A stretch of DNA of 64,000 bases from Elusimicrobiota bacterium. Its GTDB lineage: Bacteria > Elusimicrobiota > Elusimicrobia > F11. Below the pieces are notes generated by a model. That model was not told the origin of the DNA, did no database searches, and saw only the letters and a program-made list of their open reading frames with translations. Both the position numbers and the translations under genes were made by a program. The stretch is from NCBI GenBank assembly GCA_044221725.1, contig JBGAON010000002.1:1-64000 (forward strand). Direction: 5' to 3'. Shown here piece by piece: positions 10,291 through 18,776 of the stretch (within the stretch, counting starts at the first letter, position 1; the number at the start of each line of letters is the position of its first letter).

Positions 10291-11190
10291 TTAGGGTAGT
10301 GTGGAGCTGACAAATCCGGCGCGGTTCGGAATCTCGATGCGCTTTAGCACGCGCGTCTCAATTTTGGACGGTTCGGCCAATGTTTCGGTTGCAATTCTCT
10401 CGAGCGTCACAAATTCAACGCCGTCCGATTTCCAGGCTTCGAGTTGGCGACGAAACAGCGCCAGGCGCGCCGTTGCTTCCACTTCGGTATGAATCGAATG
10501 GACTTCTGTTCCGTGAATTCGGTCGCGGTAATAATTCACAAAGCTTGCTTCGTCAGGCAGCGACTTGTCTCCGAGCATTTCGTCCCAGGTTGGAAGAGTG
10601 GACGGAATTTCGAGCGTGTGAAATTTCTGTCCGTCGCTCTCAATGAAGCACGGCGTTCCGCCGCGCGTGTCGGACGCGTACAACAAATCTCTTTTCTCTT
10701 GAACAATGAGCGAATTCGTGCACGCGTGCCAGCCGGGAGCGCCGGACGAGCGCGCTTTTCGTCCAAAAATTTTCTCAAACGTCTCGTGCGCGCGCGAAAC
10801 GTCGTGTTCGACGGCCGGAAGCGTCATTCGGCTCACTTTGTCGTGCCACCGGATGTGGTCCCAGCCGTGAACGCCGATATCGTGGCCAGAGAAACCCACC
10901 GATCGAATAACATCGGCCAATTTTTCGCCAATCATCGGGGAAGGAAGCAGCGTTCCGTACAGCATCGTGCGGGGGCCATAGAGCGCGGCCGCGTTCGACC
11001 GCAACATTTTTTTGAGGAAGCCTTTCTGAGTGAAAACGCGGAACGCCGCGCGTCCCGACGTGTCAGGTCCTAGAGTAAAAAGAAACGTCGCTTGTATTTT
11101 GAATTCGTCGAAAAGTTGCAGCAGGTTTGGAAGGCCGTTTTTCGTGCCTTCGTAGGTGTCGCAGTCAACTTTTAACGCGAGACGTTTCAA
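10291..11190 (-). CDS. arnD: ArnD-like polysaccharide deacetylase/deformylase
   Basis: [29 protein letters not shown] motifs; arn gene context. Confidence 0.8.
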   Translation of the reverse strand: MKRLALKVDCDTYEGTKNGLPNLLQLFDEFKIQATFLFTLGPDTSGRAAFRVFTQKGFLKKMLRSNAAALYGPRTMLYGTLLPSPMIGEKLADVIRSVGFSGHDIGVHGWDHIRWHDKVSRMTLPAVEHDVSRAHETFEKIFGRKARSSGAPGWHACTNSLIVQEKRDLLYASDTRGGTPCFIESDGQKFHTLEIPSTLPTWDEMLGDKSLPDEASFVNYYRDRIHGTEVHSIHTEVEATARLALFRRQLEAWKSDGVEFVTLERIATETLAEPSKIETRVLKRIEIPNRAGFVSSTLP

Positions 11191-12230
11191 ACAGGAACGG
11201 CGTTAGCGGCGCTTTTGCGGCCTTTCAGATAAAAATTAAGCGTGAGGCGGAGAGCTTGGTCCATTGTCACGGTCGGCTCCCATCCCAGTTTTTGTTTCGC
11301 GCGTTTGATCGACGGTGTGCGCGTCAGGATGTCTTGGTAGCCTTTGCCGTAATATTCGCCGGACGATACCGCGACAATTTTTGCTTTGGAGCCGATCGCG
11401 CGGTAGCCCGGATAGACTTTCACAGCGTCGACAAGACGTTCCGCCAATTGGCGCACGGACAAATCGTTTTTCGGATTACCAATGTTGAAAATCTGTCCGT
11501 CGGCCGCGCCACCTTTGTTTTCGATGATTTTCATGAGGCAATCGATACCGTCGGAAATGTAGGTGAAGCAGCGGCGTTGTTTTCCACCGTCCACGAGTTT
11601 GATCGGTTCGCCGTAAAGAATGTTGTGCAAAAACTGCGTCAGCACACGCGAGGAGCCTTCTTTTGGAGAATCAATGTTGTCCAAGTTCGGGCCAATCCAA
11701 TTGAACGGGCGGAAAAGCGTGAACTGAAGACCTTCCGATTGACCGAACGCGTAGATCACGCGGTCGAGCAATTGTTTGCTGCACGAATAAATCCAGCGTT
11801 GCTTGTGGATCGGACCGTACACGAGCGGAGATGATTCCTCATCGAATTCTGCGTCGGGGCACATGCCGTAGACTTCGGAGGTGGACGGGAACACGATTCG
11901 TTTCTTGTAGCGCACGCATTGCTTTACGATGCGCAAATTCTCTTCGAAATCCAATTCGAACACGCCGAGCGGGTTTTGAACGTACGACGCGGGCGTTGCG
12001 ATAGCCACGAGCGGCATAACGACGTCGCACTTTTTGATGTGGTACTCAATCCATTCTTTGTTGATGGCGATGTCGCCCTCGAGAAAATGGAGCCGTTCGT
12101 TGTCGAGGTAAGGTTCAATTTTGCTCGACGACATGTCGAGCCCATACACTTCCCAGTCGGTGTCTTTCAGGATGCGGCTCACAAGCGCGTTGCCGATGAA
12201 GCCGTTCACTCCCAAGATCAAAACTTTCAT
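11187..12230 (-). CDS. arnA: UDP-glucuronate oxidative decarboxylase (ArnA C-terminal domain as a separate protein)
   Basis: [52 protein letters not shown]. Confidence 0.92.
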   Translation of the reverse strand: MKVLILGVNGFIGNALVSRILKDTDWEVYGLDMSSSKIEPYLDNERLHFLEGDIAINKEWIEYHIKKCDVVMPLVAIATPASYVQNPLGVFELDFEENLRIVKQCVRYKKRIVFPSTSEVYGMCPDAEFDEESSPLVYGPIHKQRWIYSCSKQLLDRVIYAFGQSEGLQFTLFRPFNWIGPNLDNIDSPKEGSSRVLTQFLHNILYGEPIKLVDGGKQRRCFTYISDGIDCLMKIIENKGGAADGQIFNIGNPKNDLSVRQLAERLVDAVKVYPGYRAIGSKAKIVAVSSGEYYGKGYQDILTRTPSIKRAKQKLGWEPTVTMDQALRLTLNFYLKGRKSAANAVPV

Positions 12231-12264
12231 TTAAAAATCTCCTAATTCGTCGATGACGGATAAT

Positions 12265-13122
12265 TTATTCCATCTCTAAAATTTCTATCTCGATGCCGTC
12301 ACCGCAGGTGACAAATGTTTGAGGACCTTCTTTGCGGATGTGGCCGGGCGCTGATGATACTTTTTTACCGGTCACGCGTGTTTTCCAAACCACGCATTCG
12401 CGTGCGTTCAATGTGGTTAACGCGCCCGGGTAAGGGTGCGTCACGGCGCGTACAAGATTATGTATTTTCTGTGCGGGCCAATTCCAATCAAACGTTCCAT
12501 CTTCTTTGGTGCGGCGACCGAAGTACGTTGCCTGCGAGGCATCCTGTTTCTTAAGTGGAGCGGTTCCGGCTTCCAAATTTTTTATCTGACGCGCAAGCAC
12601 CTGCACCGCCGCTTTTGTGACGCGGCTTTGAACCTCGGCCGTTGTGTCGTCTGGCCCAATGAGCACCGCTTCTTGATCGACAATGTCACCGGCGTCCGGC
12701 TTTTCAACCATCACGTGCAGGGTGGCCCCCGTTTGCTTCTCGCCGTGCAAGACGGCCCAGTTCACTGGAGCGCGTCCTCGATATTTCGGAAGAAACGAGC
12801 CATGCATGTTATAGGCGCCCAAACGTGGCACCTTGAGAACCGGTACCGGAATCATGTTCCGATAGTAAAACGATAGCAATAGATCGGGTTCAAAACGTTT
12901 GAGTTTCTCAACGTCGGCAGGGTTTTTGAAGTCGGCATCCAGCACGACGGGCACATTATTTTCTTGAGCGATTTTCGCGGAGGAAGCAAACCAAATTTTT
13001 TCGGTGGGGCTGTCTTTGTGGGTGTACAACGCCACCACATTGTGGCCGTGGTCCAATAAATATTTGAGGCACGCGTGACCGAGGTCGGAGTACGCGAAAA
13101 CGACAAGGCGCGCGGATGTCAC
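12265..13122 (-). CDS. UDP-L-Ara4N formyltransferase (ArnA N-terminal domain as a separate protein)
   Basis: VVFAYSDLG, SFYYR, NMHGSFLPKYRGRAPVNWA, HNLVRAVTHPYPGA. Confidence 0.9.
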   Translation of the reverse strand: MTSARLVVFAYSDLGHACLKYLLDHGHNVVALYTHKDSPTEKIWFASSAKIAQENNVPVVLDADFKNPADVEKLKRFEPDLLLSFYYRNMIPVPVLKVPRLGAYNMHGSFLPKYRGRAPVNWAVLHGEKQTGATLHVMVEKPDAGDIVDQEAVLIGPDDTTAEVQSRVTKAAVQVLARQIKNLEAGTAPLKKQDASQATYFGRRTKEDGTFDWNWPAQKIHNLVRAVTHPYPGALTTLNARECVVWKTRVTGKKVSSAPGHIRKEGPQTFVTCGDGIEIEILEME

Positions 13123-14123
13123 AGCTTGAGTTCGACCTGTCTCGCTTCTTGGGCATTCCCGCCGTAAATTTTTCGAATGAGAAATCGCGGTCGGCCGCGT
13201 ACTTCCTGATAAATACGGCCAATGTATTCACCGACAATGCCAAGCCCCGCCATGAGAATTCCGAGCACCACAAACGCGAGCGCGAACAACGTGAACACGC
13301 CTTCGGCTTCCGATTGGCGTAACAACACGAATCGACGAATGAGCAAGTAGAAACCAAACAACATGCCGCCGCCGGACACGGCGAACCCGAGCAACGTGAA
13401 AATTTGCAGCGGAACAACCGAAAATCCGGTCATCAAATCGAAATTGAGACGGATCAGTCGATAAAACGAATATTTCGTGCGGCCCGCTTCGCGGGCCGCG
13501 TGTGCGACTTCAATCTCAACCGTGCGGCGCCCAAACAAAAGTCCAAGCGCCGGAATAAAAGTGGAGTTTTCTTCGCACAGATTAATTTGATCAATCACTT
13601 CGCGTGAATATCCTCGGAGCATGCACCCATAATCGTGAAGTTTCATGCCGGTAATAAGGGTGGTGATCGAGTTCACAATTTTTGACGCGAATTTCCGAAA
13701 CAGCGTGTCTTGACGATTCTGGCGGACGCCGCCAACCACGTCGTACCCTTCCTCTAGTTTGGCGAGGATTTTTGGGATTTCTTCGGGTGGGTTTTGAAGG
13801 TCGGCATCGAGCGTAATGATCGCGTCGCCGTTCACGTTTTGAAACGCGGCCAAAATGGCCGGGTGCTGACCAAAATTTCGCGCGAGTTCAACGATCTTTA
13901 TTTTCCCGGGATATTTGGCGGCGTTCTGTTGCAGCATCTCGAGGGACCGGTCACGGCTCCCATCATCGGCAAAAATAAGTTCGTACGTGTGGCCGAGTGT
14001 TTCGAGCACCGGCATGAGCCGTGGAAAAAGCAGCGGAATATTCGCTTCTTCGTTATAAATCGGAATCACGATCGAAACTTTGTCGATCGGCCGACCTTTT
14101 CTTACTTTTTGAATTTCTGGCAT
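13119..14123 (-). CDS. arnC: Undecaprenyl-phosphate Ara4FN transferase (GT2)
   Basis: VIPIYNEE, DDGSRD, RNFGQHPA, DADLQNPPEEIP, DYGCMLR; two C-terminal TM helices. Confidence 0.88.
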   Translation of the reverse strand: MPEIQKVRKGRPIDKVSIVIPIYNEEANIPLLFPRLMPVLETLGHTYELIFADDGSRDRSLEMLQQNAAKYPGKIKIVELARNFGQHPAILAAFQNVNGDAIITLDADLQNPPEEIPKILAKLEEGYDVVGGVRQNRQDTLFRKFASKIVNSITTLITGMKLHDYGCMLRGYSREVIDQINLCEENSTFIPALGLLFGRRTVEIEVAHAAREAGRTKYSFYRLIRLNFDLMTGFSVVPLQIFTLLGFAVSGGGMLFGFYLLIRRFVLLRQSEAEGVFTLFALAFVVLGILMAGLGIVGEYIGRIYQEVRGRPRFLIRKIYGGNAQEARQVELKL

Positions 14124-15265
14124 ATCTCAATAACGGCTTCGACGGTATCGGACTGATCCTTGTCCGTCATCGTGGGGAATAACGGCAGCGAAAGTATTCG
14201 TTCGGAAACGAAATGCGCGTTCGGGAAATCTTTTGGTTTCCACTTGTACGCCTTCGCATTGAACGAAAACTCATGAACCGCCGAGTAATGAAGCCCCGTG
14301 CCGATGTTTCTCTCTTTGAGTTCCTGAATAAATTGATCGCGGTCGATTTTCATGCGCGCAATATCGATAAGCGGTGTGTACAGATGCCACGCGTGGCGGT
14401 GCGGGTACGGCACTTCTTTCGGGACGATCATCTGTGGAATGTCGTTGAATGCTTTTTGGTACGCCATCGCGCGTTTCGTGCGCTCCGCGATGAATCCGTC
14501 GAGTTTTTTGAGTTGATGGAGACCCATGGCCGCTTGAATGTCCATCATGTTGTACTTAAAGCCGGCTACCGCAATGTCGTAGCGCGGCGAGCCCGTCTTG
14601 GCAAAACGTTTCCACGCGTTTTTGTCCATGCCGTGAAATTTCAGAAGCGCGATTTTGTCGACGATCTTTTCGTTGTTGGCCACCACCATGCCGCCTTCCC
14701 CGGTCGTCATGTTTTTGTTCGGGTGAAACGAGAAGATGGACATTGTCGGGAACGAACCGATTTTCTTTCCCTTGTATTCCGTTCCCACGGCGTGGGCGGC
14801 GTCTTCGATGATAAAAAGTTTGTGTTCTTTCGCGAGCGCCAACAGCGGATCCAAATCGACCGGTTGTCCCGCGAAATGAACGGGAATGATGGCCTTCGTT
14901 TTCTTGGTTACCTTCTTCGCAACTTGATCGACATTCATTTGGAGTGTGCCCGGATCAATGTCGACAAGAACGGGTTTTGCTCCCACGAGCGTGACCATGT
15001 TCACGGTGGAGGCAAATGTCATCGCGGTCGTGATCACTTCATCGCCGCGACCAATGCCGTAGGCCAATAGCGCCAGATGCAGGCCCGCCGTGGCCGAAGA
15101 GAGCGCGGTGGAATAGGAACCGCCCACGTATTCGGCAAATTGTTTGGAGAATTTTTCGACCTTGGGGCCTGTCGTTATCCAACCACTGCGAATTGAATCG
15201 ATGATTTCGTTGATTTCGTCGTCGCCGACCGCAGGCCGGGCAAACGGGAGAAAGGAGTCTCTCAT
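14102..15265 (-). CDS. arnB: DegT/ArnB-family UDP-4-keto-sugar aminotransferase
   Basis: SGWITTGPK, IEDAAHAVG, FSFHPNKNMTTGEGG. Confidence 0.9.
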   Translation of the reverse strand: MRDSFLPFARPAVGDDEINEIIDSIRSGWITTGPKVEKFSKQFAEYVGGSYSTALSSATAGLHLALLAYGIGRGDEVITTAMTFASTVNMVTLVGAKPVLVDIDPGTLQMNVDQVAKKVTKKTKAIIPVHFAGQPVDLDPLLALAKEHKLFIIEDAAHAVGTEYKGKKIGSFPTMSIFSFHPNKNMTTGEGGMVVANNEKIVDKIALLKFHGMDKNAWKRFAKTGSPRYDIAVAGFKYNMMDIQAAMGLHQLKKLDGFIAERTKRAMAYQKAFNDIPQMIVPKEVPYPHRHAWHLYTPLIDIARMKIDRDQFIQELKERNIGTGLHYSAVHEFSFNAKAYKWKPKDFPNAHFVSERILSLPLFPTMTDKDQSDTVEAVIEICQKFKK

Positions 15266-15273
15266 AAGAGGCG

Positions 15274-16680
15274 CTATGGTACCTTTTTTGGTTCCTTTTT
15301 CGTCTCGAAGATCACGTACGAGCGCGTCGACTTGTTTTCTCGGTACGTAAACACTTTGTCCATCTTTTCATCGAGAATCGGATTCAATATCGCGAGTTTG
15401 TTTCGATTTGTCAGAAGCACGCCGTTCGGGGTTTCCTTAATCCAGTTTTCAAGGTCTTGCGTGGTTTTGAGGTTTGGGATTGTGCGTTCAAGATAAAACG
15501 GAAAGACCCCGCGCTCCATTTCGCTGAGGTCGAACGCCGCCAGTGTTTTATCGGCGGCGCGGTTTTTTATTTCGGTTACCACCGGCACGAACGTTTTGTC
15601 GCGATCAAGCTTTCGGATGAAGATAAGATCACCGGCGATGATGAGCGCGCACATCGTTGTGAAAACACGCACAAACCATTTGTAGGCGTTCGGTCGTGAC
15701 GCGATCCACGGGGCGCACCACAATGCGGCCGCGGGGAAAATCGGCAACAGATACATGCTTCGTTTGGACGATGAGAGACTAAGGAAAATGAAGATCGCGA
15801 GAAACCAGATCGCTGGAAACTTTGAACGCAGCGAAAAATTTTTCTTGAGTTGAAAAAAGATGGCTGCCGCGAAGAAAAACGTCCACGGCAAAAAGTCGAC
15901 GGGGAAAGAGCCGAAATAAAAATAAATCGGTTCCACGTGGTCCGTTCCATTGGCGACAAATCTTTTCCAATTGTTGTCGATAAAGAAAACGCGAAGAAAA
16001 TCTTGCCCACCCTGTTTCCAAAGCGCGTGGACCCAAGGCGCCACGAAGACAGCGAAAACAACCGTGCCCACGGCACTAATGGCGGCGAGACGTTTGAAGT
16101 TTTTCTGAACCACCAGGTCAACGCCGATCACAAGGCCCGCGAGCGCTACCGCCACAAACCCCTTCGTGTAAAACGCGAACGTCACAAACAGAACAAACAG
16201 CAGCGTTTGCGACGTCACGTAGAAATAAAATGCCCCGGTCAAAAGCGCGGCCAAAGACGAATCCATCAGTGCGAAATGGCTCATGCGGAAATATTGGGCC
16301 GCTGTTGCGACGATGGCCGCCGCGATAAAGCCCGTGCGCGCGTCGAACAGTTTGCGACCGATCAGGAAGGTGAAAAGAATTCCGAGAAATCCAAAGAGAG
16401 CAGCGGGAAGACGCGTGCGGCCATCCGAAATGCCACCGGTTAACTTGTAGATGGCCGAGCAGCTCCAATAATAAAGAGGAGGTTTCTCAAGGAAAGCCTC
16501 TCCGTTTAAATGCGGTGTCACGAGGTTTTTTGTGACGTACATTTCGCGTGCGATTCCCGCGTCACGTGTTTCATCGGGATTCCACAGCGAATGATCAAAC
16601 GTCCACGTAAGATAAAGTGGAAAGATGGCGAAAAAAAGCAACCAGAAATACCGTCTGTCGGAACCAACGTCGCTAATCAT
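15274..16680 (-). CDS. arnT: ArnT/PMT-like GT-C glycosyltransferase
   Basis: WNPDETR, EKPPLYYW, multiple TM helices, KRSMYLLP. Confidence 0.82.
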   Translation of the reverse strand: MISDVGSDRRYFWLLFFAIFPLYLTWTFDHSLWNPDETRDAGIAREMYVTKNLVTPHLNGEAFLEKPPLYYWSCSAIYKLTGGISDGRTRLPAALFGFLGILFTFLIGRKLFDARTGFIAAAIVATAAQYFRMSHFALMDSSLAALLTGAFYFYVTSQTLLFVLFVTFAFYTKGFVAVALAGLVIGVDLVVQKNFKRLAAISAVGTVVFAVFVAPWVHALWKQGGQDFLRVFFIDNNWKRFVANGTDHVEPIYFYFGSFPVDFLPWTFFFAAAIFFQLKKNFSLRSKFPAIWFLAIFIFLSLSSSKRSMYLLPIFPAAALWCAPWIASRPNAYKWFVRVFTTMCALIIAGDLIFIRKLDRDKTFVPVVTEIKNRAADKTLAAFDLSEMERGVFPFYLERTIPNLKTTQDLENWIKETPNGVLLTNRNKLAILNPILDEKMDKVFTYRENKSTRSYVIFETKKEPKKVP

Positions 16681-16703
16681 GAGTTGATGCTATTATCAAA
16701 TAA

Positions 16704-17498
16704 ATGAACAAATACTTCACTCTATTTGGCCTTTCGTGGCAGAAGCAACTCGAAGTCCGTAGCGATTTCTTTTTCGAGCGCGCGCGCAGTTTGGCCGTAA
16801 TGATTTCGATTTACTTTTTGTGGAGTACGCTGCTTGAGCATCAGACAAATCTGCTCGGTTACAGCCGCGTGCAGCTGTTGTCGTATGTGCTCTTGATGAC
16901 GCTGCTTCGGGCCTGGGTTCTTGGCTGCGTCAGCGACCGCATTCCGTCCGAAATTGCCACTGGAAAACTGTCGGAAATTCTGCTTCGTCCCCTTTCGCAC
17001 ATCGCTTACTGGGCCACGCAGGATGCCGCAATGAAAAGTCTCAATATTGTGTTTGCGATCCCAGAAGTCGTGATCTTCTCGCTGCTGATGGCATCGCCGG
17101 TCTTTTTCCCGAACGATCCGCTCACGCTGGTATGGTTTATCCTCAGCGTGTTGGGCGCCATGACGTTGTATTTTCAAATGAGCTACATCTTGGGCGTGAT
17201 GGGCTTTTGGGGATCGCAGTCCTGGGGACCGCGGTTCTGTTTCGAAGTGATTCTCGAGTTCTGCGCGGGCGCTTACTTTCCGATCGATATTCTGCCGTCG
17301 GCGGCTCAAAAGATTATTTCGGCGTTGCCGTTTCCGTATCTTGTTTATTACCCGTTGTCGATTTATTTGGAGCGGCTTTCGCCGGCCGAAATTGTTTCGT
17401 CTTTTGTTCACCAGATTTTCTGGATTGTCACGCTCGGTTTTTTGCTGCGCCAGTTTTGGCATGCCGGGCTCCGGCATTACGCAGCGGAGGGCGGATAG
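16704..17498 (+). CDS. ABC-2 family (DUF990-like) permease 1
   Basis: About 6 TM helices; G.LSEILLRP, GAYFPIDILP, LPFPYLVYYP; C-terminal YAAEGG. Confidence 0.88.
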   Translation: MNKYFTLFGLSWQKQLEVRSDFFFERARSLAVMISIYFLWSTLLEHQTNLLGYSRVQLLSYVLLMTLLRAWVLGCVSDRIPSEIATGKLSEILLRPLSHIAYWATQDAAMKSLNIVFAIPEVVIFSLLMASPVFFPNDPLTLVWFILSVLGAMTLYFQMSYILGVMGFWGSQSWGPRFCFEVILEFCAGAYFPIDILPSAAQKIISALPFPYLVYYPLSIYLERLSPAEIVSSFVHQIFWIVTLGFLLRQFWHAGLRHYAAEGG

Positions 17499-18296
17499 AT
17501 GTTCCCGGTGATCCGAAAGTATTCGCGTTTGCTCGGTGTGTTGGCGCTGAACAGTTTTAAGACACAGGTCTCCACATCGTTGGCATCGGCGGGCTATTTG
17601 CTCGGGAAGATTTTACGGTTTGGATTTTTTTTAGCGTATTTGCTGGCCGTGTTCGACCGGATACCGAACCTGAAGGGCTTCTCGATGCCCGAAGTGGTGA
17701 TTTTTTTTATGACGTTCAATCTCGTCGATGTTGGCGCGCAATTTTTGTTCCGGGGATTGTACGGTGTCAAAGTGCTCATTGAAGAAGGGGATTTCGACAA
17801 AATTCTCACGCAACCCGCGCATGTTCTGTTCCGAATTTCGGTGATGGGCATGGACTTGCTCGACTTGTTGACGTTGATTCCCATCGGTGCGGTCACGTTC
17901 TGGGCCGTCAAAAAATTACCCTACGCCATTACGATTCAGCAGGTGGGCGTGTACGTTCTCTTGGTCTTGAACGCAATGGTGATTGCCTACGCGTTTCACG
18001 TGATGATCGGTGCGTTATCGGTAAAAACTCAGGAGATGGAGGGCGCCATCTGGATTTATCGGGACGTTATGACGCTGGGTCGCTTCCCGATAAATATTTA
18101 TTCCGAAATTATGCGGGGCCTTTTTGTAACGGTTCTTCCGGTGGGCATCATGACCTCATTCCCTTCGCGGGCGTTATTGGGCCTGTTGTCAACAAAGGGG
18201 CTCGTTTACGCGATTGCGCTCGGAGCGGGTTTCTATCTCACGGCACAGGCGTTTTGGCGAAAAATGCTAAAGGAGTACACATCGATATCGACGTGA
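17499..18296 (+). CDS. ABC-2 family (DUF990-like) permease 2
   Basis: EGDFDKILTQP, RFPINIY; C-terminal YTS. Confidence 0.88.
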   Translation: MFPVIRKYSRLLGVLALNSFKTQVSTSLASAGYLLGKILRFGFFLAYLLAVFDRIPNLKGFSMPEVVIFFMTFNLVDVGAQFLFRGLYGVKVLIEEGDFDKILTQPAHVLFRISVMGMDLLDLLTLIPIGAVTFWAVKKLPYAITIQQVGVYVLLVLNAMVIAYAFHVMIGALSVKTQEMEGAIWIYRDVMTLGRFPINIYSEIMRGLFVTVLPVGIMTSFPSRALLGLLSTKGLVYAIALGAGFYLTAQAFWRKMLKEYTSIST

Positions 18297-18298
18297 CG

Positions 18299-18670
18299 TT
18301 AAACGGGCGTTTTTACTTTTGTGAGTTCTTTAATCCGTTCGTTTTTTTGCGCAATATCGTCGCGCAATTGTTGAAGCACGCGCATCACTTGTTCTTTCCA
18401 CGTCGTGATTTGCGCTTCGTACGCGCGCCATTTTTCCATTTCGGTATTGTACTGCTGCCAAGAATCTTTTAGTGCTTTTTCAAGTTTGTCGATCCGGTCC
18501 ATCGGCTCCGCATTCTTCACCAAAGAAGTAGGATTTCGGTCGAGGATCAAATCGGGAGATTTGAACCGAGGGTCATTATCAGCCGGGAGTTGTTCATCGA
18601 CGAAACATTTGCCGGCCAGAAGTTCTTCGCGTGTCAGTTTGCTCTTATTTTTTGTCATGCCGTTTTGCAT
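18299..18670 (-). CDS. Hypothetical protein with C-terminal coiled coil
   Basis: Fills the gap between genes; heptad pattern; start uncertain. Confidence 0.6.
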   Translation of the reverse strand: MQNGMTKNKSKLTREELLAGKCFVDEQLPADNDPRFKSPDLILDRNPTSLVKNAEPMDRIDKLEKALKDSWQQYNTEMEKWRAYEAQITTWKEQVMRVLQQLRDDIAQKNERIKELTKVKTPV

Positions 18671-18776
18671 GGTGGTGGCCTCGAAATTGAGTTTCACATG
18701 CAATTGTGCAACGCTTTTACCAGCCGTGGCGAATTAACAGAATGTACAATCACATTGTTTTAATAGGGTGTTTTTA

